The notes beneath the pieces were generated by a model. The model worked only from the letters and a program-made list of their open reading frames with translations. It was not told the DNA's origin and made no database searches. Position numbers and translations under genes: made by a program. A DNA stretch of 64,000 bases from Chrysomallon squamiferum (Eukaryota; Animalia; Mollusca): assembly GCA_012295275.1 (NCBI GenBank), contig CM022665.1:11594001-11658000 (forward strand), in the 5' to 3' direction. This document shows, in pieces, positions 48,006 to 61,564 of the stretch. The stretch's first letter is position 1; each line of letters starts with the position of its first letter.

Positions 48006-51000
48006 ACTCTCTCATATAAATAGAAAAATATGTACAAATATCATACACAATAATATAACCTAACATTAAATTCCTGGTATATATTTATAATCTAAAACTA
48101 TATGAAGCCTGCTAACCATCAAAGTTTTAATTATTCCCATATGCCATATTCTGTAACACTTGGTTAGTAAAGCAACAAAGCAAAACTGTTGTTTTTCCAT
48201 TTTAGTGTCAGAAAATGTTGTGCCTCATTTACAACTTTATGTACAAAAAATGTTAGAGAATGCAAAAAGGAAGGTAATTCCTGAAATGGAAAATGTTGAG
48301 TCTTTGAGTCTGGTTCCTTCAAATGAGGCACATCTTGACAAAGGCATATGTTGGAAATTAAGGGTCATTTTCAAAGGTCATGACCATGTTAAGATCAAGG
48401 GATGAAAGCTTTGAGATGCATCTTTTATGTTTGAGCCTACATTTTGATCTATTTTCTTAACACTTAATGTATAATTAAATGGTCACATTTAAAATCATGC
48501 TCTTGTTGTAGTTTATGCTGTACTTGCTAATTTACTGTTTTAAATGTGTAGTTCATAGATCATGAGGTTTCTTTATATCTTTCTTTTCCTCTCGCTCTTT
48601 GTCTTTTTTATTTCTCTCTCTCTCTCTCTCTCTCTTTCACACACTTTCACCTATCAATCTCAATCTCTCTCTCTTGATCATCTTTCTGTACATATCTGTG
48701 TTTTATTCCATTTGTCTCTCTTTCTCTTTTTGTTTTAGTGTCATTCTTTCACATGAAGTGAGAAAGAGGTAAAGGAAAAAGGGAGTGGAGTAAAAAAACA
48801 AATTTTTTTTTTTTTTATATTACCAATTCCAGAAATTCACATACATTTTGGTAATTCCTGTTGATCTTATGTGATTAATTATAAAATTCCATTTTTACTT
48901 ATTTTTCAAGGTTAATTTAAACTAAATGATACAGAATTAATAAAAATATATTCTTTAAACATGTGTCTAAATTTATGAAGCATGTTTTTCTCAAACATTT
49001 AGACACTTTACAAACATTCTAGATCAAAACGAAGAAAAAAAATAAGAAAAAGATATATAAAGAGCTTGAAAAAAGAAAAAAAGAAAAAGGGAAGAAGGAA
49101 TCAAACCAGAAAAGAAAAAAGAAAGATAAGGAATGAAAGAAAAAAGAGAGAACAAACATGAGGCAAGGTCGAAAATTCATTATTTTTTTTCTACACAAAA
49201 TGGATCTTCCCTTGACTGTTTGTGTTATTTTTCTTGGAAGATATTCAGAGGTCAAAGGTAAAATGTTAATGTATTTTTATAGACTGCCTTACTGACATAA
49301 TTTTACTTTATGTGTGCAAGATGAAATCTGAAAGAAGTTACAAAAAGTAAACTTTCTTGAGGCAATGTGATACAGTTGAGGAAAGAAGAACAGTTTCACC
49401 TCCACAGAAAGAAAAACAACACTTACAGTTTAAACCAGCCTGGAAATATTTTCAAAATACCAGTTAGATACAGGTATTTTTTTTCAGTAGATTATCTGTT
49501 GGGAAGAAAAAAGCGTAGTTGGCACCTATGTAGAAATTCAGCACGTATGCAAGAAAAGTGAGAAGATCTTGTTATGAATGAATGGATCATTTGAAACAAG
49601 TTCAATAAACAGCTGAGGATGTGTCGTTTTCTTTTATTTTTATTTATTTTGTTTTTAACATTTTTAATTTTTTTTTAAATCTATTTTTAAGTGGGTTTTT
49701 GTAATTTTTTTTTTTTTTTGTAGTTTAGAAATACTGTAGAGAATGATTAAGGCTAAAATAGAAAAAGCTGAATTAAGCAGTATTTGCACTGCTATTTTAA
49801 AACATAAACTTAAAGATTAAGATTACATTTGTGAAAAGAATTTTCCTTTGACAAACTTAATAATAATGATGATAAATGAAATTGACAACAACAAAATAAA
49901 TGTTAAAAATAGTAATAAAAAATAAAGCTAGCACTTTTCAGATACTTTAAATTTCTTTAAAATACCTATGTAGGCTAGATAAATACAATGTAATTTTCAC
50001 CTTTATTTAAAATTCAGCTGAAACAGAAAATATTATTAAAAAACCCTAGCCTAAAATTCTTGAAATACCCTTTTAAATTAGCTTTCAGTTCTTCTCTGTA
50101 TTCCCAACAACAACAACACCAACTTCTCCTCCAAAAAAAGAAAAAAAAAGTGTGCTATATACAGGAATAGCAAAGGAAATTCTTAAATTAATTTTAAAGG
50201 TAAATATTTAGATTCTGTTTGCTTGAGCAGTTTTGCAAGTAACAGATCATCATCATTATCACTTCATTCAACTCAAGACCACCTGACAGTAGGTGTCTAA
50301 TCAAGACTTTACAATTTATATGTTTCTGCCAAAGAATTACAGCACAGATTACATTTGGAAGTCAGCAAGTTTACCAAAACCACCATCACCATGCCAATAC
50401 TGCCAGGAAATGTAAACTTAAGCTAGATTATTTGTTGCATATTTATATATTTGGCACCACTGTACATAAATAAATCAGCTGATAATGACTTGTTTCAGGT
50501 TTCTCCATGTTCATATTGGCCATTGTACTTGATCTTAGACATGATTATGTGTACATGCTTTGTGTGTTATGCACTATTTAATAACCTATTAGTTAAGGTA
50601 ATATTATATATATTCAATCTTTCATATTAAATAAGCAAGGCAGTGTAGGTGTTTTGGTAACTGAGTAAGTAGAGATGTAGCTTTTACACACATACACGTA
50701 TACAAGTTGTAAAGCATGAACTGGAAAGAAATCTGCAAATATTTTTCCTGTCTCACAGCCAGACACTGTATCAAAAAACAAAATAAGATGTTGCTGTCTA
50801 AAGAACATTGTATTAGTATACACAGCTTTGCTGTATCTCCCATCTTGAAGCCATCATGGACACATACTGAAAACTTCATCTGAAGATAATGTCAGAATGA
50901 GCCTCACTTGCTGAGCACTTCTTTGTTTTTGATATCTTCTTTTCTGTTTTCATAACAATATTGATACTGACCAAATATTTGGCAGTGTTGAAAAATATCT

Positions 51001-52717
51001 CCCTCGAGGTGTGAGGTTTTGACTGTAAGTGAAAGTTGATATTCATCTCTTTTTTTAAGTTCCTCTATTTTAGACCATTTTAGAAATGGAAAATATTTTC
51101 AAAACATAATCTGGTGTTTAATCCTTTAGTCTTAAAAACAGAGGTACTATCTTAAATACACAATAAGTAAAGTTTTATCTTGGAACACACACAAATCAGT
51201 GACTTGTCTTTGTTTTTCAGAAAATAGTACAAAAACATTTTATTGATTCATTTTTTTTTTTTTTTTTTTTTTTACCTTTATGCTGGTTTAAAGTCAAACT
51301 TAAACTTAACAAACAGATTCATTTTAATAGATATCAAAATAAATAAAACTAGAAAAAGAAATGTTTAAACTTTCTATCTCTGTAGAAGTGTTTAAGTTTT
51401 TTTTATAACAGAGATACATTTTACATACTTTAATATGATATATTAGTTTGAGAAGACTAGGCTTTGCTAATAATAAAGTTTAACATTAACATAAGCATGT
51501 CGAAAGCTTGGACATTTTATGTATTTCTAAATCTGTACCTCTCTGAGTAGACTAATCTTAGCAAATAATAAAGAATAACATTAACATAACTAGCATGGTT
51601 GTTACTAAAGTTATATACTTCCAAATGTTGTATTTGTAAGAGAAAACTAATCTTTGCAAATAACAAAGTATAAAATTAACATAATAAGTATGCAAAAAGC
51701 ATGGATGTTATCCATACATTCTGTATGCTTCCAGGTATTGTTTTTGTTCAAGATAATAATAAAGTATAATATAAATACAGCATACAGACAGCAATGGATG
51801 TTGCCAGTGTTTCTTCTTTCTCATGCACTTGTGACTTCAGTTATATAAAGAAATGTAAAACAAGCCTCACAGATTAATAGATATGGTGACTTCACCAATA
51901 ATTTATTAAACTCTTGTTTTCTTATCAGTATCATTAGAACAGTATTTGTCATAATAGCAAATTGTTCATTAAAGTTTTGTTTTTTTATTGCTATAATGCC
52001 ATGTCATATCACTATGAGAAAAAAAAAGAAAAGTGGAAAATAAACAAAATGCCAACATCAGTCCTATCTCATAAGCATTTTATTTTACTGCCATAATTTG
52101 TTACTAAATAACATTGATTGTCACAAGTAAATAAAGAATATAATGTCTGTTTAAAAAGTTTTACATTAAATTAATTGGGTTATATATGATATTTTTATAT
52201 TTAAAACAAAATTTTTTTAAAAAACAGAAGAAGAAGAAAAAAGGTATTAGATCTTTTTAGAAAATTCTGGTGATGTTTTATCAACATTAAATTAGTCTAA
52301 TAAAACAGTGTGTTGATCCTTTCTTTTATTAACTATAATTAAATTGAACATAATGGTTTCTTTCATTGTTGTTTACTTTACTTTCTTTACTGTTAATAAA
52401 CCATAACTGTCAGTTATGGCATTGGCAGACATAAAACAGAACTTGTGTATTTGGCAATTAGGAGTTCTTTTTGTGCATTTTTTAATGGTTTTTTTTTTAT
52501 TTTTTTATTTCCCCCTTTTAGCTCATTAAACCGTGGAACTAGTTACTAGGACTTACCTTTCAATTAGTTCTCTTAGTGTCAGAATTGTCAGGTGAATTTC
52601 TGCTAGTTAGGTCTGGAAACCTGAGCTGGCTGCCCTAGTTCCTTGTTTAAATCTGAAACAAATGTTCAGAGAAAAGTTCAAAACTATTAATATTAGACGT
52701 TCAAAGAATTATTTTTG

Positions 52718-52990
52718 TTAAGAGTTCAGAAGAGTTGAAATTAAGAGTTTAGAAGAGTTGTAATTAAGAGTTTAGAAGAGTTGTAATTAAGAATTTAGAA
52801 GAGCTGTTATTAAAAGCTTCGATAAGAGTTGTTATTGATAGTTTAGAAAGGTTCTAATTACTAGTTTAGGAGAGTTGTAATTAATAGTTTAGAAAAGAGT
52901 TGTAATTAAGAGTACAAAAGAACTGATATTAAGAATTCAGAGAATAGTTTAAAGTAACAGGTCAGAAGAATTGATATTAAAAGTTCAGAA
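52718..52990. repeat. 23-bp minisatellite (ttaagagtttagaagagttgtaa)
   Basis: Units at 52741, 52764 and 52787, with decayed copies beyond. Confidence 0.85.
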
Positions 52991-53195
52991 AATTATAATT
53001 ATACAACCACTGTAAGAGAAAAGTTGTTAATAATTCATATTAAGAGTTGAAGTAGTATTGAAGTTTTAAAATTCAGAGAAGCTGATACTTGGTTTAGAAA
53101 CGAGTTTTGCTTGTTTTTCCTACCCACTTCAAAGCCATATCTTTGTAGTGGGTGTTGTCATTAGAATGGTGATTAGATATATCTAGTGTCTGATT

Positions 53196-53580
53196 AGTCA
53201 CATACTTGAACAAATGGCTTTGTATATACCTACATTGTTTATCTTTGAATTAAGCCATGAGCAAAGTCAGGGAAAGTGTATTATAATTTATTTATTTCAA
53301 AGATTTCTCATTTATAGTGTATGTTTTTAGTAAAACATTAACAGATATTCAGTCATATTAGTCACATACTTGAACAGGCTTTGTATATACCTGCATTGTT
53401 TACCTTTGAATTAAGCCATGAGTACAGTCAGGGAAATGTATTATAATTGATTTCTTTTAAAAATCTCACATTTGTAATGTGTGCTTTTAGTTAAATAATA
53501 ATAGATATCTAAACAATAATAGATCAGTCATATATCTGAACAAAAGGGTTTGTATATATCTACCTCTGCCTTTGAATTTA
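53196..53580. repeat. Tandem repeat, about 165 bp x2.3
   Basis: tagtcacatacttgaac..ctttgaattaagccatgag at 53196 and 53359; partial copy at ~53526. Confidence 0.85.
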
Positions 53581-53597
53581 TAGATAGATAGATAGAT

Positions 53598-53647
<50 letters not shown>

Positions 53648-53663
53648 TGACAGATAGATAGAT
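53581..53663. repeat. (GATA)n/(GACA)n compound microsatellite
   Basis: Directly visible. Confidence 0.95.
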
Positions 53664-55469
53664 AAATATGTATATATATAAAATATTTAATATAAAACAA
53701 ATATTCTATGTCAAATAATTTGAGAACAAGGTCAAGGTATAAACAATAAAAAAATTCTGTCTCACTCTCTTTCTCTTTTTCTCTGTCCTATTTTCACCCT
53801 TTCCATTTATCTGTTTCTTTCTTTCCCTCTCCCCTTCTCTCTCTCTCCCATTCTCTTTATCTCATTTGACATTTATTTTTATTTTTTAAAGTTTATTTTT
53901 GAAACCAGCCAAGAGTGAAGAAATCAGTTCTGAGTAATACAAGAAGAACTGATTTTTCTTAGGGAATTCTAGATCATAATTTACTTTTTAACATGCAGTA
54001 ATTTTCTCTTTGTTTATTCCCACTGATTAGATATACATAATAAATTGAAATTACAATAAATAGGTCCAACCTTAGATGACCTGATTGAAGTAAAAATAAT
54101 TCTTTTATATAAAATTGCTACCTGTCTGTGTAATTAGACCAGGTGTTTTTCTTTGATGTCATTAATCTTGTATGACAGATGAGAAATTTTCCATGTGTTT
54201 GAAATTGGCAGCTATATTGCTACACGCACATCTTGTTATATTAGATGGTATTTTTAATACGGTTGTCTGTTGTTGTTCTTATAGTAAGTCTAATATTACA
54301 CACACTTGTCACTGCCATTCATTTTTTTAATTTCAATATACATGTTTATAATGATGTACCCTGTTCTGAAATCCCCTTTTGATTGCTTATAAAACAATGT
54401 TTTTCATAAGGGTATCTAGATAGGTACAACCCTCGCACATCCCCCTACTTTATGCCATCTTTGTTTTTGTGCTTGTGTTTGGTTTTATTTGTTTTGTTTT
54501 ATTTGTTTTGTTTATTTTTGTTTTTGTTGTTATTGATTTAGTGTTGGTTGTTAGTGTTCTAACTGAATTTTGACATTTATATTTACCCTGATGATGACTC
54601 TTTTTGAAATGTTGGATTGTCCCCCATGGTTATTAACAAATATAATAGTGTTATTCATATGGTGGTATAGGAAAATTGCATTCATTTATGTGTCATGTTT
54701 TTTGCCACCAGTATTGTTATTCACATAAAGATTTAGGAAAAACACACCTAAGTACATCCTTATTTTTCTCTGACCAGGCTTTAAAATTTATAATGAAATT
54801 AATTTAATCTTAAAAGCTATATCAACCATAATGATGGTGCCCCCTTTTTTTGTAATTTCGATCTGCCCCTGCTGTTTGCATATCATATAATGTTAAGATT
54901 ATCTGCAAGCAGCAGTGGATTAGCTTTGTTAGTGCCTTTAGGCTTATGTTTTGTTTTGATCTGTGAGCCATGTAAACTGTTTACTAATTTGGTATCTTGC
55001 TGTTGGTAAGGAAAATTTATTAGGTTAACAAAAATAAAAATAGCATGTAAATAGCAAATAGGAAAACTATTTGTGTATCTGCTGAATGTATCTGATTTCT
55101 GTGCTGTTTTATTTATATTTTTTTATTTTTTTTATATGGTCTTTATTTATTCATATTCATATTATTTTTTTTAAATAGATAAAAGATTATCTGTATATAT
55201 GTTTATAATGCAAAGTTTTAATAAAACAATGAAATTAATAATAATATATTTGTTATCAATAATATTCATACTGTAACTAGCTAAATGCAAATACTGCTAT
55301 TTCATGAATTATTTACATACGCCTGTCACAAAGATGAATTAGATGTCTGCAATGATGTTTAAACACTAACATCAGTTAATTATGAAGTTCTTTCCATAGA
55401 ACATGTTAGAAAACAAAAACAAAGCATTATTTTGTTTCAGAATAATGATAAAATCAATAGATACTTGTC

Positions 55470-55506
<37 letters not shown>

Positions 55507-56034
55507 CCTTAGGGTAATGGTTTCCTATCATCAGTGACTTGATAAAATTTCTAAGTGAGCTCTGGGCTAAAATTATTTTTATTAACTCACATAATCTCTG
55601 AAACTGTTATGATAGATTTCTTGCCAGAGGATATGGGATCAAAGCTTGCCAGTTTGCCCACTGGACTGATGCACCATGATTCCAGCCAATTTTCCATTGC
55701 TAATAATCTCTTGTAATAGGACAGTCCTAGGAATTATGGCAACAGATATATATTTTTCTCTAGACTTTTATTACTTAAGATATCTATGATCCTGAGAACT
55801 GTTAATGTAAAAAAATGAATTGGGATAGATTTTGTTTAATTTTAACTTTAATTTTTTTTTTGTTATTGTTTTTTTTAAAAATGAAAAGAAAGAAAGCTGT
55901 GTATAAAATGACACCTTAGACTACATATTAGTTATACATGCACAGACTGTGTTTATTGATAGATACTTTATATATTCATTTTGATCAGTGGTAAGAAAAT
56001 TAATGAAAGACTTCATTACAACATAAATAAATAA

Positions 56035-56230
56035 ATGAATATGTAAATATTTGTTTAATGGCACCTGAATACATTATGAATGTTTATTAGGTGTCACCTA
56101 TATCTTCTTGTTACTATTTTATATAATATTGTCAAACTTAAGAGATAAAAACTTGCTTTCCAATATTTGATGCACTTCCTTTACCAATAAGCAGCAAGGG
56201 ATCAATTAAATGCTCTTTCCTATACACAAG
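56035..56230. mobile_element. Decayed interspersed repeat (SINE-like), copy 3, inverted
   Basis: ccaataagcagcaagggatc is the reverse complement of the core of copies 1 and 2; tail-like gtttaatggcacctgaatacatt. Confidence 0.45.
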
Positions 56231-58832
56231 AAAGAAGATTACACACTCATTTATTTAAAAAAAAAAAAAAAAAAATCCCATTGACATTATACTAAAGAGT
56301 ACTGATCCCATATTCTGTTACACAATACTTAAATCACAGAGTTTTACCCATGAAATCTTAAAAGGGTGTGTATACAATAATGTACATTAACTCTAAGTAT
56401 GTATCTTTCAGTGTTTTGTTATCTTCAAAGTGGTTTTCAAAGTCGTGGGAGTATAAAACACGTCTGTATGCAGGAAGATTACACAGAGAAAAGTATTGAT
56501 ATTTTGAGATACTTCTAATTGACAATCTCCATGCTATTTGATCTCCAATTATTTCAATAACAGCTAACATAAACAATGGAGCTTTTTCAACAAGAATAAG
56601 GGGAAGCTGTGGTGACAAATAATCAATACATTTATAAATGGATCTTTCAAAAGATCAGATTTGGTTTGTTATTTTGGTTTTTGCTTTAATGAGATAGACA
56701 AAGCTATTGATAGAACTTTACTTCTCTTTCTCTCTGTTTTTGTCAGGTTTAAAAAAAATAATACAAAATTTGTTAATGCATCTGCATGTTATTTTCATTG
56801 TTTGATTGAGTTTTGTATTTTAATGTTATGAATCTTCAGTTCATTTTACTTTTAAACTTCTTAAAATGATTTGAAACATATGGACTAAACACATGATTAA
56901 GTCAGCTTACATCTTAATATTTTAACTTGTGCTTATGTTTTAATGTTCATTGAAAAATCACTCATTCCTTCAGTTTAACAGTATTTGTTATAATTAAATT
57001 TTCTTCTGTTGCTAATATTCATTAATAATTAATCTGCCTTTTTCAACAGTTTTGAATAATTGAAACATACTACTTCAAAACTTTTTCTTTTTCTTTAATT
57101 ATTTTGTGCATCCTTTTCAACAAAGATAAATAAATAAATAAATAAAATAATCAGATATATATAAAAATTTATAAACTAAAAAAAAAAAAAATATGTTTAT
57201 ACTGCTAATAATTCTTTATTTAGTCACATATAAACAGCATTCCATTTTAAATTATTTTGCACATAAGCAAGCAAACATAAATATTCACACCAAACTTATA
57301 CTCAATGTGTGTGCACACACGTGCATTATTGCAAACACACACACACTCTTACACACATATACATACACACTCTTACACACATATATACATACACACTCTT
57401 ACAATTTAAACACTTTAAAACAAACTCACATGCAAACAAAACAAAAATTTCTTTTACACATTAAAATATTTTCTATCTTGCTACAAGCACAGTACAGTTA
57501 CTTCTGGCTGATCTAACATTCTCCTTCATTGCTGTGAATCTACACACACTCCATAATCACTTTTACCACCACAAAGCATTCCAAGTGGTCACGAATACAA
57601 TCACAAGAATGATTATGTCTTTGAAAAAAAGAGCTGTTAGCAAACTGATTAGTCACTGATTCAAGAAGTGCACACTTTCCAGTCTTTGAAGACATGATGA
57701 TGATTAATAGGATATCACTACAACAAATTAGCAACAGATAAAACATCACAGAAGATGTTGTGCCGTCACACACACAGTCGGGACAAGAGATAAATCACAT
57801 TAAATCTAAACAAATGTCTATGTGGTTGCATTAGGCAAATTAAATAACCATTAGTCACAGAGAGTTTGTTGTCTAAAGATAATTTTAGGACTTCACTATA
57901 TAATATGTATAACTCTTGAATTGAAAAAAAAAAATAATAATAATAAAATAAATTGTTGATGTTGCCATTTCAGTGGTAGTAGTACTTGTTGTTGTTGTTG
58001 TTGTTGTTATTAGTTTGGGTTTTAATTTAATTATATCCTGCATTATCAAGATAATCATCTTTCTTTCTTTTTTTCTTTTTTTTTTCGTTTGCAAAAAAGT
58101 AGGATATGTTGGCTTTGATTTCAAAAAAAAAAAAAAATCCTTTGGAATTGTTGTACAAATTAGAAATTAGAGCACTTTTAGATGCTACTATATAATTAAT
58201 ATTATCTTCCTCTGAAAGTAAAAAAGTTAAATAAAAAATAAAAATCAGTATCAACCCAAAACTATATCAAGATGAAAATACAACAAAATACCATTGGAAA
58301 TTTCTAATTACTCCTTAGAATTATTTATAATTTATTTGCACAAATGTTTCAGACTTGAGATACAAACAGTTTTATATGAATAAAATAAAGAAACTGAGAA
58401 AATAAATTAAAATATAAATAAATTTGAATCTGGTAAAAATATATAATAATAAATAATAGAATAATGTGAAAAAAATTAAATGAAAAGTGAAAGAAAAGAT
58501 AAAAGCAATTTAAATTTAGAAAAAAATAAACAAAATGTAAGTAATAAAATAATAAAAATAAAAACCAAAAGAACAGATAAAAGAAATGGAAATTTAGAAA
58601 GAAAAGTGATTATGTAAAATGAACAATGTTGCCTGTTACCTTCAAGCCTTTTTGGACAGACTTCAAAGAATGTAATACTGTAGTAAGTTTGAGTTCTCTT
58701 GAAAAGTGATACACCCACTGCAATCACACTGCTGTAACACTTTGCATTGAGTAAATTGTAAGAGGTGTAATGATAAAACTGGTGGATAAATTAGAACTGG
58801 AAGATCAAGTAAGACATGAATATAAAACGTAA

Positions 58833-58834
<2 letters not shown>

Positions 58835-58878
<44 letters not shown>
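58835..58878. repeat. (GT)n microsatellite
   Basis: Directly visible. Confidence 0.95.
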
Positions 58879-58881
<3 letters not shown>

Positions 58882-61523
58882 ATGTTTTTGCACGTGCATG
58901 TATGTGTACACTTGCACATGTATATTGTACATTCATATCCATGTGTATGTATGTTTGTGGGTGTTTGGTACATTGGTCAGCATATAAGAAGAACAAAATT
59001 ATTTTACTCAAGTCTTGCAAGTACATGTTTATGCATTAGTGTATTAATACATGAGAGAGAGAGGGAGAAATGCAAGGTTTTTTCCATGTATGCATGAATG
59101 TGTGTATAAGCATTAGCATACATATGAATATTCACATGAAAACATCTTCATTTCTTTATCACACTGGAGTTATTATTTATTACATCAGTATAGGTGTGAA
59201 AAGTAATCACTAACTCAGTGTTTATCTATGGAACAACCTGCGCAATAACTTCTTGAACCTGGTGAAAACATTGTCAAGAGCAGCAACTTCTTTGCTTCAT
59301 CTTTTTCATTAAAAGAGATAAGATACACACACCGCACTTGATACCAGCACTAAAATACCACTCCAGTGGAGATAGCACAAGTTCATTTAGTCATCTTTTT
59401 ACTCCTTTAAAAATAATAATAAAATAAAAAACCCAGAAGCCCCACATTTTTTTTATATTTTTTTTTTTATTAGAGCTCTTTAATTTGTCACCAATTTGAT
59501 TGCCTGAAGAGGATTATAAGTGAAATGTTTGTTTTGCCAAACAGTGGGGGAATTTCTTCATTTCTGTTTTTACCAAGATGTGACATTTGCGTTTGTGCTA
59601 ATCAGGAAGGTTTGTGTGCCAAACGAGTGTGGCCTAATCAAAGGAGATTGCTTTCTCGAACATGATGTTTACTCATTTTGCAAGCGATTGCTTGCCGTGA
59701 TGAATTGCTTGACATGATATGCACATCTCTTGTGGGATGAGGTTACCTACTATACTAAATTAATGGATCTGTTTATACTCTCTACGAGTTGCATTTCAGG
59801 GTTAATGTTGTGTTTATATGTTAATGTTTTTGTTTTTGTTGTTGTTTTTATGTCATCATCAAAGTGAAATAGGAAACTCTGCAGGTAGATTAATGTGGGC
59901 ACTGAACATTTCAAAGACCAAACATTTATTTGAACTCTTCTTTAATTGACACAGCAGGTTTAAAAGTAATTATATAATCAATATAAATTTTATTGTTTAT
60001 TTCTATTGGTGTTTTTTGTTTAGGTAAGCAAGAAAACTGTGATTGTATCTATTACATTATGAAATGTAGAGATTCAGTGTCATTATTAATATTATAAACT
60101 TTATGAAGAGATAAATATCAGTGAAATATTATCTCTTTGAAATGTATTATCAAAACTGTTTTTATTATTCCAGTGGCAAGGTGTTAAAATTATGTCAGGA
60201 AATATTTATTGTGTATTATTATATAAATAATGCATTTAATGTAATCACTGAGCAATAATAGTTGAAACAGAATTAACACTAATAATATTAAACCTTTATA
60301 AAATATAACAAATGCAACAACAATAATGTAAATATATAAACATTGAATTTAAAACAGAAATAGTAAAATGTGTATTAATTTAAGTTTCAATGCATTTACT
60401 ATAAAATAAACAAAAAAGTAGTATTAAGCTTTTATTGTTTTCATATTCATTTCAATTTTTACTGTTGTCCACAAGTTTTTCTAAAGTAGAGACAGCCAAA
60501 TTTATAAAGCTAATTTCCTTCTTTTTTTTTTTGTTCTTTCTTTAAAGCAATGTAGATACCAAACTTCATAGAGCACAAAGGGATAAATTTATTAAAATCA
60601 GTTTCTTCCTTTCTTTTTTTTAAGCCTTGTAAATATATATAACACATGCATGAAATATAAACAAACTTCATTAATTTGGGCATAGAATATATCACCATAG
60701 TTTAAACTTACATGCTAATAAAACCTTGGACTATTTGAAAATGATGTCGCCAATCATCTGCACATGTAACATGGATTCCATTCAAAAGTGATTACTCACC
60801 CACAGGTCCTCAAGATGACCCCATGGCCATAATTATGTTGGTTATTACAATAAGGGGAGGGATGTGGCAATTTATGGCTTAGACAACTGGGGAGAAATCG
60901 GAACCTGCAAGTTTGTGTTTGGCTTATTGGATATTTAATAAGATTGAAGGATATTATTTTGAGGTCTACTGCTTTCTTCTTCAGAGCAGCTAATGGAAAT
61001 CTTTTGTTGTGTTTTTTTCAAGATTAATTGCATGGCTTCAAGAGAGAAGAAATATTAGCGTCACTAATGTCACTGAAATTTCAAGCAGTTTAATTTATTG
61101 ATGTTATTTTTTAATGTAACCTAGTTTAGTTTTAGTGGCCTTTATTAAATGTAATAGAATAGTTGTAGTAGTAGTAGTAGTAAAAAGAAGAAAAAGAAGA
61201 AAAAGTAAAATAATGATAATATTAATAAGTTTCAAGGAGTTTAATTTATTAAGCTTAAATGTAAGAGTTCATTTTCAGAAGCCTTTGTGAATTCTAGTAT
61301 TTGTGGTGGTAATAGTAGTAGTGGTAGTAGTAATAGAAATGCAAAATTTTTGGTTAGGTAAATTTTAAATTATAAATTTTATAGAACTGGTACGTGTTGA
61401 TTCCAGTAAAAACAAAGACAATTACTAATATTGCTGCCTAAAGTTTTTAAAAACATTTATACATAGGAGAAGAAGGAAATAATTTTATTTCTTCTTGATT
61501 TGCCTGTTTTTTTTTTTTTTTTA

Positions 61524-61564
<41 letters not shown>

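Noticed and set aside
50614-50879. Overlapping minus-strand ORFs (85 aa and 69 aa) after a cag acceptor
   Set aside because: No recognisable motif or in-phase upstream coding exon; at most part of a non-coding transcript.
57540-57773. 77-aa Cys-containing ORF with a hydrophobic start
   Set aside because: Non-ATG start in the track, no promoter or splice support, no domain pattern.
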